Shown here piece by piece: positions 25,638 to 35,284 of a stretch of DNA of 64,000 nucleotides (the stretch's first letter is position 1; each line of letters opens with the position of its first letter). Position numbers and translations under genes: made by a program. Below the pieces are notes generated by a model. That model searched no databases. It was not told where the DNA came from and worked only from the letters and a program-made list of their open reading frames with translations. The stretch is from sequence record PZ452610.1; one strand, given 5' to 3'. This DNA is from a phage.

Positions 25638-27080
25638 TTAAAATTTTAACTCATTGGCTAAGCTATCTAGGTCAGCACGTGTTGCTTTGGCTTTACCTAC
25701 GCGTTCCGTACGATTCACCTCTGCCTGACGCATCTGAGCACCTGCGTTTTCATTTACTGTGTTAGGTGTGTTCATGCCTTCTTGCTCAATCTCAATCCAT
25801 TTCTGGTTGCCTTTACGTACACCCATCAGGAATTTATTCCACTTATTCTTATCGCCGTATCGTGATTTGATTTGTTTGATAAGTTGTTGTTCAGCTTGTG
25901 CAAGTTCTTCGGTTTCAATTACAGCCAACATGAAATCCGCCGTTGCTGGTAAACCTGCTGATTCTGCAATATCACTCATGTTCATGTCTGAAGCATCCCA
26001 TGCTGCACGTCCTACTTGAGCTGCAGTCCATAGAACTGTTTCAGATTCTACTGCTAATGCACGAAGTTCTTCTGCGATAGCTTTAACTAATGTGTAGCTA
26101 TTTTCAGTGTAAACTCTGATACGACAAGACCCACAAATACCTAAGTAATCAACCATGATTACAGATGGTACAAAGTTCTTCTTAAGTTTTAACTCATTAA
26201 GCAATGCACGAAATGTATTAGCATTAGCTCCACCAGTAGGATACTGTTTAACTACTAAACGTCCTAATGTTGTTTTTGAACGCCATTTTTCCATCTTGGC
26301 TTTATATTCAGCATAAGATACGTTACCATCATCAATATCATCAAGTGATACGTCAAGCATGTTTGCATCTATACGCTTAGCACAAACTTCTTCAGCCATT
26401 TCCATAGAAATATAAAGAACGTTATGACCTGTTTGAAGATAATCTGCAGCAAGTGAACAAAGGCCTAAAGATTTACCAACGTTAACACCGGCCATTAAAA
26501 CGTTCAGTGTACCTGTTTCTGCACCACCTTTGGTGATTTTATTCAGAATGTTTAATTTGAACGGGACCTTACGTGCTTTATTTAGATAAGAAAGCCAGCG
26601 TGCTTCATAATCTTCCATCCAGTCATGGCCAACATAACTATCAAACGAAATTGAAAGTGCTTGACGCATAATATCAGGAATAGCTCCTACGTCAGGCATT
26701 TTCTTGTTACGTTGTTCTGGAGGTAGTTCAGCATTAGACTGAATCTCAATGATTTTGGATGTAGCATTATACATCGCTTTTTGCTGGACATATTTCTCAG
26801 TTTCTTTAACCAACCATTCATGGTCTTCAGGAGTATCAGCCAATTTTTCAATTAGGTCTGAAGTTCCTTTATATTCGGCTTCAGTTAAAGAACTGTTATC
26901 TAAAGCCACCTTTAACGCATTGATAGATGGCATTGCATTATATTCGTTAACGTGGCTCTTTATAATTTTAAAGACATTTTTTGCCGGTCCACGCTCAAAA
27001 TACTCAGAATCCATATAAGGCCAGACCTTAGAAAAATAAGCCTGGTCATATACGAGATGAGACAAAATAATTTCTACCAC
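25638..27080 (-). CDS. 41: replicative DNA helicase (DnaB-like)
   Basis: 480 aa; Walker A GVNVGKS; order 41-40-uvsX as in T4. Confidence 0.9.
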   Translation of the reverse strand: MVEIILSHLVYDQAYFSKVWPYMDSEYFERGPAKNVFKIIKSHVNEYNAMPSINALKVALDNSSLTEAEYKGTSDLIEKLADTPEDHEWLVKETEKYVQQKAMYNATSKIIEIQSNAELPPEQRNKKMPDVGAIPDIMRQALSISFDSYVGHDWMEDYEARWLSYLNKARKVPFKLNILNKITKGGAETGTLNVLMAGVNVGKSLGLCSLAADYLQTGHNVLYISMEMAEEVCAKRIDANMLDVSLDDIDDGNVSYAEYKAKMEKWRSKTTLGRLVVKQYPTGGANANTFRALLNELKLKKNFVPSVIMVDYLGICGSCRIRVYTENSYTLVKAIAEELRALAVESETVLWTAAQVGRAAWDASDMNMSDIAESAGLPATADFMLAVIETEELAQAEQQLIKQIKSRYGDKNKWNKFLMGVRKGNQKWIEIEQEGMNTPNTVNENAGAQMRQAEVNRTERVGKAKATRADLDSLANELKF

Positions 27081-27089
27081 GATAACTCC

Positions 27090-27431
27090 TTAAAAGAATT
27101 TAAATTTTTTCTTGGTTCGTTCATTAAAAGCTTGTTGTACTTGCATTGTAACACATTTTTCAACATGTGGTGCAAGTTCTGCTTTTCTGTCCTGGTCAAG
27201 AACTGCAAAGTCCATTACGATTTTACCATCAACCCAGTCTAGTTTTGTAATATAGACTATATGATGAGAACCATCTTCAAGTGTAATCAGAATCTCTTGA
27301 ATGACATTTTCCATTGCTGAACGGATAATTTTAAGAGATTCATTAAACACTCGTTCTTTGCGAATGTCTTCCCCTTCCGAAGAAGGGGATTCATCAACGA
27401 TTTCTAGATTTAAATCATCGAGATTATTCAT
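27090..27431 (-). CDS. hypothetical protein at the gene 40 position (113 aa)
   Basis: ORF track trimmed to MNNLDD start to avoid overlap with uvsX. Confidence 0.45.
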   Translation of the reverse strand: MNNLDDLNLEIVDESPSSEGEDIRKERVFNESLKIIRSAMENVIQEILITLEDGSHHIVYITKLDWVDGKIVMDFAVLDQDRKAELAPHVEKCVTMQVQQAFNERTKKKFKFF

Positions 27432-28596
27432 CGAAATCTTCCATTTCGTCAAGGTCGTTTTCTATATCTGCTGCAGACGGAGCATCAGAAGTTTTAACCG
27501 GAACTTTAGTTGTTGCTTTGCAATTAATAAGGTCGTTAACAGCGTCATCAACTTCTTTAATAGAAGAGATAGCACCTAGTTTATATTTAGTTTCAATTGC
27601 ATCTCGGAAAGGTTTGTGTTTAAACAAAGGTCCCCAGAATTCTACACAATCGGTAGCTTTAGCACGCCATGATTTCTCTTCACGAATCATTTCGCCTGTT
27701 TCTTCGTCAAGGAATTCGCGAGCATACCACCCGGCTTTAGGCTTAACAACAAATCCAATTTCAGTTGCCATTTCTAACAAGCCACTGAATGGGTCAATAC
27801 CGCCATCAAAATTAACCGTGATCGGGAAAGTAGATTTCTCTTTAACTGTACGAGATTTTTCCGCTTTCAACGTAAAGTCATAACCGGTCAATTCTGTACC
27901 TTCTTTAACCTGACGTTTAGAGATAAAAAATACCGTGTTGGCAGAATAAAGAATACCTGTACCACCGCCCATAATCTCTTTAGGATACAATCCGCCGATT
28001 TCCATTGCTGTATGGTTGATTGCAACACATGGAATATCTTTAATAGTCAGATAAGGAGTCACAATGCGGAACAGAGATTTAAGTGCCTTAGCACGAGACA
28101 TATCACCTACAACTTTCTCGTTCAATGCATCTTCGGTTTCTTTCTTAGATGCAGTATTACCAATCGAGTCAATAAAGATAATAACTTTATCACCGCGTTC
28201 AATAGCGTCAAGCTGATTAGTCATATCAACTTTAAGTTGTTCGACAGATTGAATCGGAGTATGAACTACACGGTCTAAATCAACACCCATTGAACGAAAA
28301 TAAGATTCCGAAGCACCGAATTCTGAGTCATAAAACAAACAGATTGCATCTTTATATTTCTTCATATACGCTGCAACCATAGTTAGTCCAAACAACGTTT
28401 TAAAGTGTTTAGAAGGAGCAGCAAAAATAGTTAAGCCTGATTGCAACCCGGCATTCAGTGCACCACCTAATGCAATATTCAACATCGGAATACGAGTAGG
28501 GACTTCATCGCGATTATTAAACAGCTTAGACTTAGTCAAGTCTGCAGTCATTTTAGAAGTAGAAGCTTTAATCAGACGAGATTTTAAATCAGACAT
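27424..28596 (-). CDS. uvsX: UvsX recombinase (RecA-like)
   Basis: 390 aa; RecA-fold core with TGILYSANTVFFISKRQ region; T4 position; MotA-box middle promoter upstream. Confidence 0.9.
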   Translation of the reverse strand: MSDLKSRLIKASTSKMTADLTKSKLFNNRDEVPTRIPMLNIALGGALNAGLQSGLTIFAAPSKHFKTLFGLTMVAAYMKKYKDAICLFYDSEFGASESYFRSMGVDLDRVVHTPIQSVEQLKVDMTNQLDAIERGDKVIIFIDSIGNTASKKETEDALNEKVVGDMSRAKALKSLFRIVTPYLTIKDIPCVAINHTAMEIGGLYPKEIMGGGTGILYSANTVFFISKRQVKEGTELTGYDFTLKAEKSRTVKEKSTFPITVNFDGGIDPFSGLLEMATEIGFVVKPKAGWYAREFLDEETGEMIREEKSWRAKATDCVEFWGPLFKHKPFRDAIETKYKLGAISSIKEVDDAVNDLINCKATTKVPVKTSDAPSAADIENDLDEMEDFDE

Positions 28597-28649
28597 TGTA
28601 TTTTTCCATAGGCATCATTATATTTTACTCATGTTTAAAAGATAAGATG

Positions 28650-28674
28650 ATTATATACTAAGGGTTATACAGCA
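28650..28674 (-). promoter_or_regulatory. MotA-box middle promoter upstream of uvsX
   Basis: Minus strand TGCTGTA (1 mismatch to MotA box), 12 bp, TATAAT. Confidence 0.4.
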
Positions 28675-28694
28675 TTTAAAACTTTAAATGACTC

Positions 28695-29243
28695 TTAACG
28701 AGCCCATTTGATGATTTCTGTAATCAAATCATTACGTTCGCTTGCATTAAATCCTATAACTTTGTTAGCACCATCATGATTAAGTAATTGATACGTTTGG
28801 ATTTTGTTATGAATTGCAAACTCTTCAAAATGTGAAATGACTGTATTAAAACCGAATGAAGACAAAGTGATAAGGTCGTCTTCAAAACTTTCAGTCATTT
28901 CGTTACGTGTTAAAATAATTGTGAACACATCATGGTTTTGGCAAAGACGAACATAATCCTGTTCATAAACGTCAAGAACCGAGTCCGCATCTTGTCGAAT
29001 ACGTCCATAAACCCAGTTACTAATATATCCACGGTCTAACAGATAAATCTTAGTAGGGTCTAAATAATTCAACATCGTTTCGAAACAGCCAACTTCATTT
29101 CGAGACTTAACATCGAAACGTCCATCAACTGTTCGTTTAGGGAAATCAATCTTTACATATCTTTCACTAATTTCCATTATGTCATTAATGAAAGTTGTTT
29201 TACCAGCATTATCCGGGCCATCTACTAAAATAATTTTAGCCAT
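28695..29243 (-). CDS. P-loop nucleotide kinase (thymidylate-kinase-like)
   Basis: 182 aa; Walker A VDGPDNAGKTT typical of Tmk/dNK-type kinases; occupies the T4 beta-gt neighbourhood. Confidence 0.5.
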   Translation of the reverse strand: MAKIILVDGPDNAGKTTFINDIMEISERYVKIDFPKRTVDGRFDVKSRNEVGCFETMLNYLDPTKIYLLDRGYISNWVYGRIRQDADSVLDVYEQDYVRLCQNHDVFTIILTRNEMTESFEDDLITLSSFGFNTVISHFEEFAIHNKIQTYQLLNHDGANKVIGFNASERNDLITEIIKWAR

Positions 29244-29244
29244 T

Positions 29245-30144
29245 TTATTCCTCGATTACGACATCTTCATATTTAGGTATATTATACGGTGAAGAAATTA
29301 AAGCATTAAAGTAGATGAACTCACCAAGACCTGGATGAAATACTTCTTCAGGATTTTCGAAATATTGAATCTTCGGACGTCCTTTAAGAATTTGATAGTA
29401 CTCAGTTTTAGTTGGTTTAAAAATTCGAATCAACGCTTCTTCAGGATACTTATTTCTGTCGAAGCTATTATTTGGATCGGTTATATAAAGCGGTTGACCT
29501 AATTGAATTGCGCATTCAACAACTTGTTCAAAACGATAGCATGGGTCACTAATTCGAAATGGATGAAAAATACCATCTAGATGAATAGGAGCCAAATCAC
29601 CTACAAGACGCTGCATGATGGAAGGACGTATAACTTTCTGCGTTACGATAATCTTATTACCATCTGCACCTGCGTTAACCAGCACTTCTTTTTGACGTTC
29701 ATTCAACACAGTAGTTTGAAGTGAACGATTAACCGACAACATATCAGTTTTTAAGAATTCGTCAATATAAAAACGTGGTTTATTAGGGTCTGCAGTGATA
29801 TTGAAATTGAATTCCACATCAAAAGCGCCGTCATATCCAGTGATATCTGTGATTAAAAAATCACAATCATAATAAGCAATTAATGAATCAACAACAAATT
29901 CATTTTCAGACCAGAAATATTTACGAGTGTTATACGCGTTATCTTTATACCATAATGGAACAAACTTAAATTCTGGAAAAAGACGTTCGCATTCTTTAAT
30001 ATCAGATGCATTACGTGGATATGTAATCACATCACCCGGATTAGCACGGTGCAAATGAAGTTGGAAGTTGCCATCCTTAAGGATAGCATACTGTCCAGTT
30101 TCATAAGACCGCATACTCAAGATTGGTACGCGGAAAATAGCCAT
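29245..30144 (-). CDS. hypothetical protein (299 aa); positional replacement of beta-gt, possible GT-A-like DxD motif
   Basis: ORF track; LIAYYDCDFLITD resembles hydrophobic strand + DxD; not similar to T4 beta-gt. Confidence 0.5.
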   Translation of the reverse strand: MAIFRVPILSMRSYETGQYAILKDGNFQLHLHRANPGDVITYPRNASDIKECERLFPEFKFVPLWYKDNAYNTRKYFWSENEFVVDSLIAYYDCDFLITDITGYDGAFDVEFNFNITADPNKPRFYIDEFLKTDMLSVNRSLQTTVLNERQKEVLVNAGADGNKIIVTQKVIRPSIMQRLVGDLAPIHLDGIFHPFRISDPCYRFEQVVECAIQLGQPLYITDPNNSFDRNKYPEEALIRIFKPTKTEYYQILKGRPKIQYFENPEEVFHPGLGEFIYFNALISSPYNIPKYEDVVIEE

Positions 30145-30860
30145 TAGTCAAGGAATCCTTTAACATAATCAAAATCACGTTCAAACACATGGGCACTTAC
30201 CATGGTATGAGTATAATCACCAACTTCTACCCCACATTCGTTAGCGATATAATGAAGTAATTTTCCTTGGAGATAAAAATCCAACTGCATAACAACAGCA
30301 CAGTTCTGAGAACGCATATGACAGTGGGTATAAAGCTTACCATCACGAATATAATAAGTCACTGAGTCAGTACATGGATATTCAAGCGTTTCGTCCGAAT
30401 CAAGCAAAGCCTGATCAGAACTTTCTAGAATTTGGAACACAACTCTTCGAGAGTTAGGCTTCTCTTTAAGTTCTTTTAGAAGAGCTGGTAATTGGGCCGC
30501 AATGCGAGGACCATAGAAAGTGTTGAAGTTCGCCGGCAAAACATCTGATTTTGGTTTAGAAATAAATTTAGCGACATTAGGATATGCCTTAAACGCTTCT
30601 TCTGCGTTGGTACCACCAGAAATCATAAACTTCCAGAAGTCTTCGGCATATTCATAAGAGATGCGGTTAATACGTGGGTCGGTCATTTTGAATGATGATG
30701 GAGTGTCAACAACTACTGTCATAGACCCAATTTCATTACAACGTCCAATACGAGAATCAGTTACGAATTCCGGGTTTTCTAAAATTTCACGATTGACTGC
30801 TTTAAATGCGGTTTGAAAATCTGCGGCTTTGATATATTTCATTGTGTTATGTTTTCCCAT
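30144..30860 (-). CDS. 42: dCMP hydroxymethylase (thymidylate synthase family)
   Basis: 238 aa; catalytic Cys in EYPCTDS; T4 position. Confidence 0.85.
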   Translation of the reverse strand: MGKHNTMKYIKAADFQTAFKAVNREILENPEFVTDSRIGRCNEIGSMTVVVDTPSSFKMTDPRINRISYEYAEDFWKFMISGGTNAEEAFKAYPNVAKFISKPKSDVLPANFNTFYGPRIAAQLPALLKELKEKPNSRRVVFQILESSDQALLDSDETLEYPCTDSVTYYIRDGKLYTHCHMRSQNCAVVMQLDFYLQGKLLHYIANECGVEVGDYTHTMVSAHVFERDFDYVKGFLD

Positions 30861-30879
30861 GTTTACCTCAATACAATTT

Positions 30880-30903
30880 ATTATATACTCAATTCGTAAA
30901 GCT
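30880..30903 (-). promoter_or_regulatory. MotA-box-like middle promoter upstream of gene 42
   Basis: Minus strand AGCTTTA, 11 bp, TATAAT. Confidence 0.35.
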
Positions 30904-31142
30904 TATTTGAATTTCTTGACAATGTTGATATAACGTAAAGCTTCAGCATCGATACTTCCAAGAACACTATGAAGAAATGCATCAGCGTAGTATTCCAATT
31001 GAACAGGTTCTTTAATCACTTTAGCCGCTTTAGTTTCAAACAGGCCCATCAGGGCCTTTTTAAGAATTTGTTCGTTGCTGTTAATTTTCATAGTCAAAAT
31101 CTCTTCATTAAGTTGGTGGTTAAAAGTTTTTCTAGAAATCAT
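30903..31142 (-). CDS. hypothetical protein (79 aa)
   Basis: ORF track; ATGA-coupled to upstream 386-aa ORF. Confidence 0.45.
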   Translation of the reverse strand: MISRKTFNHQLNEEILTMKINSNEQILKKALMGLFETKAAKVIKEPVQLEYYADAFLHSVLGSIDAEALRYINIVKKFK

Positions 31143-32299
31143 TCCGGGTACCTCAAAGCGTCATCAGAGTTAGTTATATCAATAATAGATATAGAGTTTT
31201 CTGCTAACCCGTTTTTAGATAATTGACGTTTATAATATCTTTCACAATATGTACACGTCGTCCCGCAGATTTCATTAGCACAATCGAAATCTGGATGTCT
31301 GAACCACCTTTTTTCTAAAAAGCCATCTAACAAAGAGGTTTCAATATTTACTGTATGTGAAAACTCAGTTTCGTTTTCAAGAGTGAAAATAGTCTCTAAA
31401 GGCTTCCACAGTTCTAACAAATTACCTTCAAACTTTTCAGAAGCGTATGCTTCAAGAACTTTCAAAATGTAGTCTGTGCTACCTGTACGTCCTGAAACTT
31501 TGAATTGAGTGATACCAATATCATTATAAAGTTTCAAATCTTGAGGACGAACAAAACGAGTTCTCAACCAGTTAAATGGGTCTGTATCACGAGCTTTAAT
31601 ACAGTGCTGCATAGGATATCCGTTTAAGGATTTAGCATCATCAGCTGTAACATCAGTACTATGGAAAATATAGCAAGAGTCACGATAGCTACAATGTGTT
31701 GTATACCCTTTACCAGCATTAGAACAGAACTCATTTACAAGAACTTCAAATATTATATTGTTCTTATTGCAAAACTCTGCTGCACGCTTCAGGAAAGAAA
31801 CTGAACGGTTCTTATGAATTCCACAGCAGACCTTTTTGATATTATACTGGTCATGCAAGTATTTGATTTGAGTTACAGCATCGACATGTAGAATTGTTGA
31901 AACTTCAATCTCAATGTCTTTATTGACTTCACGAACAATTTCCATAACAACAGGGTTAGCGATAGTAATACGCCATACGCCTATTGACCAAAGATACTGA
32001 ACATAATCCTGAATAGCTTTCTTCTTCCACCCAACTAGTTCTCTTTTTGAACCAGGATTTATCGTGTTGAGTGTATAGTTAAAGCAAATACCTAATTCGT
32101 TACAACGTTTAACGTAATCTTCTAACATCTTTTTGTCAACGTCAGGAAGCCTAAAATCAGGTCTGGCTGCTACAAAAGCCATTTCTCTTGTAGAGCCGTA
32201 TACTTCGTTTATCAAGCTATTAGGATAAGTTTTATTGAGCTCTACGATTTTATCAAGAAGAGCTAAATCAAAATTCGTTCCAATTTTAAAAGTATTCAT
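31139..32299 (-). CDS. hypothetical protein (386 aa) with C-terminal Cys cluster, part of sugar cassette
   Basis: Track start is GTG; first in-frame ATG at 32297-32299; C-terminal CANEICGTTCTYC plus internal EFCSNAGKGYTTHCSYRDSC. Confidence 0.55.
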   Translation of the reverse strand: MNTFKIGTNFDLALLDKIVELNKTYPNSLINEVYGSTREMAFVAARPDFRLPDVDKKMLEDYVKRCNELGICFNYTLNTINPGSKRELVGWKKKAIQDYVQYLWSIGVWRITIANPVVMEIVREVNKDIEIEVSTILHVDAVTQIKYLHDQYNIKKVCCGIHKNRSVSFLKRAAEFCNKNNIIFEVLVNEFCSNAGKGYTTHCSYRDSCYIFHSTDVTADDAKSLNGYPMQHCIKARDTDPFNWLRTRFVRPQDLKLYNDIGITQFKVSGRTGSTDYILKVLEAYASEKFEGNLLELWKPLETIFTLENETEFSHTVNIETSLLDGFLEKRWFRHPDFDCANEICGTTCTYCERYYKRQLSKNGLAENSISIIDITNSDDALRYPE

Positions 32300-32355
32300 T
32301 TTTTTGCATCTCACGTTAATTGATGCGATGGTTTTTGCAGGTCTTACTTAAATTA

Positions 32356-32742
32356 TTATAGATTCGGTTTATATGATTTAAATGTTTCGAATTCGCCTTT
32401 ATTCATAAGAGCTTTGAATTCGTCAGGACGCATAGCTTTGTCGTCGATAATCCAATCATATACTGGTTTATGTGTTAGCAAATTATGGTACTTCAAACCA
32501 ATGTTTTCCAAGTTCTGAATCAGACTTGGGAGAATGTCAATTGCTATACGACCAGGACCTACTGACTTCATACCGCGAGCAGTGTAAAGCGTTATGGTAT
32601 GCCCTGCATCATACAGGGCATTAATAGCAGTCACCATTTCGACGTCTGGTTTGAAGTTCACGTAATCACGATTGTTATTCCACTCTGTTATACAATCATC
32701 GACATCAAAACAAAGATTAAGCATGTTTTCTACACGGTGCAT
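32356..32742 (-). CDS. HAD-superfamily phosphatase (small)
   Basis: FDVDDCITEW is HAD motif I (DxD); TAATG overlap with upstream gene stop. Confidence 0.55.
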   Translation of the reverse strand: MHRVENMLNLCFDVDDCITEWNNNRDYVNFKPDVEMVTAINALYDAGHTITLYTARGMKSVGPGRIAIDILPSLIQNLENIGLKYHNLLTHKPVYDWIIDDKAMRPDEFKALMNKGEFETFKSYKPNL

Positions 32743-34427
32743 TAGATTCGTTCCCATTGATGAGTGATATCGCCACCGATTGGACGATAAGAAACACCAG
32801 TTTCTTTATCAGTTAGTACCCATTTACCAGGATTTTTTGTAATCAGAGTAGCCGTTACAGGTTCTGCTACGTCATAACTAATAGAGCCGTCCTGAAGTAC
32901 ACGGCCCATGTTACGTAATTGCTTAGTCAGAAGTTCCATACCTTTATAATATGCGGCTACCGCTTTAAGTGGATTATTCTTGAAATAACCACCTAATGCA
33001 ATCCAGATAATTGCTACAGCCAAATGATGATACTCGTTAAACGAACTCATCTTTCCATATTTGTAAACTAATGGATTGATGTTAATAGTCACATTACAAG
33101 TTGTTTCGTCAATAGTAAACTGTCCCCAGGTCGGATTAGCGTTGAATTCATCATAACCTGAAACAGCATAAAGCACTTTAGCTTCATCATACAATTTTGG
33201 CCCGTAAATCTTGGTTTCGCCAAAATATCCACGAGGGTCGATAAACTTGACTTCGCCGTTATCAGTAATCATAGTATTACTGAAGTTCGGGTCACCGTGA
33301 ATAACAGAGTACTGTCCCTGAGAACGGGTATGATAACGAATAAGATGTTCTAAAGCTTGCTTCAGCATTGGCTTCAGACGTCCAATCTTAGTGTAGTTCA
33401 CGTGTGTGATTTTACCAAATGAATCAATCAATGGCTGAATGCTTTCACAACGATCAATAACTTTCGTATAGAACTCTTTAGTGAAATCACGGCGAACAGT
33501 TTCAGGACTTACAAAATAAGTGTCTGTGCTGAATTTCAGTGCATCTAAAATTGCATCAACAATTTGTGGACGAGCAAGACTTGATTTGGATTTAATATAT
33601 TCAAATGCTGGCTTACCTTTAATACGTTCCATTTCAAAATTATTTTCATTTACCGAAACTAACTGAGGAACTGAATCTGATTTCACTTTCAAATACCATG
33701 AAATCTCATCTTTTTGAAGAGCTCGACCTTGTTCGGTTAACGCGAATTTAGTTACAGTTTCTTCGCCAATTTCAACTGCATTAAAACTACGATTAAGTTC
33801 ACGAACTTCATGAGCTTTTTCAAGTTTAGGCATATCACCTAAATCAATTAGATTCATAAGCTCTGATTTATTGAATGCACTGCCGTAAAGGAATTCTACG
33901 AAATCACGTCCTTTGCAGTATTCATGAATTTCCTCATCAGTAGAACCCATGTAGAATTCCCAGTCTTTGAACTGATAAATTCCTACAACATTACCGCCTG
34001 TTGAACCTACGTTAGTGATATTTTCACCATCGAAATTATATCGACATTCATCACCCTTAACATAGATTGCGTTAACATTCCAAGACCATGAACCAAAATC
34101 AGGAATAATATCACACCAGTTAACAATTACGTTATGGCCATCTAAATCTTTGTATAATTTAGCAAGAGCATAAGCAGAACCATACGCTTCATCAACTGTA
34201 CGAATAGTCACATTGAACCCTTCTTGCTCGCAATAAGCTCGAACAGTTTCAGCAAATTTTGAATGAACTACTACAATAATTTCATCTGCGCCAAGGTCAG
34301 AATAAATTGTATACAAATTGCTCAGAATAGTGTCTTGTTTATAGTTAACAAGAACTTTTGGAATATGATGCGTTATTGGATACAAACGAGTTGCCAGTCC
34401 AGCACCAAGAATAACAGCTTTTTTCAT
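32742..34427 (-). CDS. bifunctional sugar-1-phosphate nucleotidylyltransferase / APH-like sugar kinase
   Basis: 561 aa; N-terminal VILGAGLATRLYPITHHIPKVLV (RmlA/GalU/MurU-type NTase); C-terminal HGDPNFSNTMI...KFIDPRG (APH/choline-kinase-like catalytic loop). Confidence 0.7.
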   Translation of the reverse strand: MKKAVILGAGLATRLYPITHHIPKVLVNYKQDTILSNLYTIYSDLGADEIIVVVHSKFAETVRAYCEQEGFNVTIRTVDEAYGSAYALAKLYKDLDGHNVIVNWCDIIPDFGSWSWNVNAIYVKGDECRYNFDGENITNVGSTGGNVVGIYQFKDWEFYMGSTDEEIHEYCKGRDFVEFLYGSAFNKSELMNLIDLGDMPKLEKAHEVRELNRSFNAVEIGEETVTKFALTEQGRALQKDEISWYLKVKSDSVPQLVSVNENNFEMERIKGKPAFEYIKSKSSLARPQIVDAILDALKFSTDTYFVSPETVRRDFTKEFYTKVIDRCESIQPLIDSFGKITHVNYTKIGRLKPMLKQALEHLIRYHTRSQGQYSVIHGDPNFSNTMITDNGEVKFIDPRGYFGETKIYGPKLYDEAKVLYAVSGYDEFNANPTWGQFTIDETTCNVTININPLVYKYGKMSSFNEYHHLAVAIIWIALGGYFKNNPLKAVAAYYKGMELLTKQLRNMGRVLQDGSISYDVAEPVTATLITKNPGKWVLTDKETGVSYRPIGGDITHQWERI

Positions 34428-34468
34428 GTTGTGGTCCTCATTGGTAAGTAGGTGTATTGTACACTATT

Positions 34469-34612
34469 CTAGTTAAAGCATTCATACTTTGCTTGTAGTC
34501 CAATCATAATCCATCCAATTACAAGTGTTGGAATCATTACTGGAGCCGTTAAGCTCCAGTAGATAGTCATGACAAGCATCAATAGTAAAAGTCCTATTGT
34601 TATTGCTTTCAT
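34469..34612 (-). CDS. small membrane protein (47 aa)
   Basis: Sub-threshold ORF MKAITIGLLLLMLVMTIYWSL...; ATGA overlap with SIS gene stop. Confidence 0.35.
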   Translation of the reverse strand: MKAITIGLLLLMLVMTIYWSLTAPVMIPTLVIGWIMIGLQAKYECFN

Positions 34613-35244
34613 TGTTCGCCTCGTAACATGGCACCTAGTGCACCGCCTGGATGGAACTTAAGAAAGTCATTAGAGGTAAATCCACGTTCAGACGAAAGGT
34701 TGATAGCAAACGTATCGATAAGCGCTAACAACAATGTAGTGGACATAGTCGGAGCCAGAGAATTCTCATCAACCTCTACCGCGATGCCTGTACAGAAAGA
34801 GTAATCAAAAAGGGCTTCATTTTCTTGCGGAATGTCTGGGTTACAATGCAACAGAATCTGTTTGACATTTGGACGAATCATTTTAAGATGCTTAGCCACG
34901 CCTATCATTTCTTCAGTCTTACCAGAACGACTAATATGAATCAACACATCATTAGGCGCAATGAATCCTGCATCACCGTGAGAATAATGCCCAGTGTTCA
35001 AGTACATACTCGGGATACCGAGTGAAGCAAATGTCTCAGAAGCTTTAGTTGCAATATTAGCATTCTTACCAACACCTGTAATAATTACTCGGCTTTCATA
35101 ATTACTAAGTCCAGGGCGTCGAAGAGTTTCTAGAATAGCATTATAACGAGCAGGGTTTTGACTAATTACTTTGGCCATAGCGGCCAAAGAAGAAGCTTGT
35201 TTTATGATTGCGTCAATAGCGATAGTAATAGGAGTAGTTTTCAT
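34609..35244 (-). CDS. SIS-domain sugar-phosphate isomerase (KdsD/GutQ-like arabinose-5-phosphate isomerase, no CBS domains)
   Basis: 211 aa; GVGKNANIATK...HGDAGFI...LIHISRSGKTEE...FHPGGALG parallels the KdsD SIS domain. Confidence 0.7.
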   Translation of the reverse strand: MKTTPITIAIDAIIKQASSLAAMAKVISQNPARYNAILETLRRPGLSNYESRVIITGVGKNANIATKASETFASLGIPSMYLNTGHYSHGDAGFIAPNDVLIHISRSGKTEEMIGVAKHLKMIRPNVKQILLHCNPDIPQENEALFDYSFCTGIAVEVDENSLAPTMSTTLLLALIDTFAINLSSERGFTSNDFLKFHPGGALGAMLRGEQ

Positions 35245-35284
35245 ATTTCTCTCATTTAATTAGTTTACCGTCCATGACATTATA

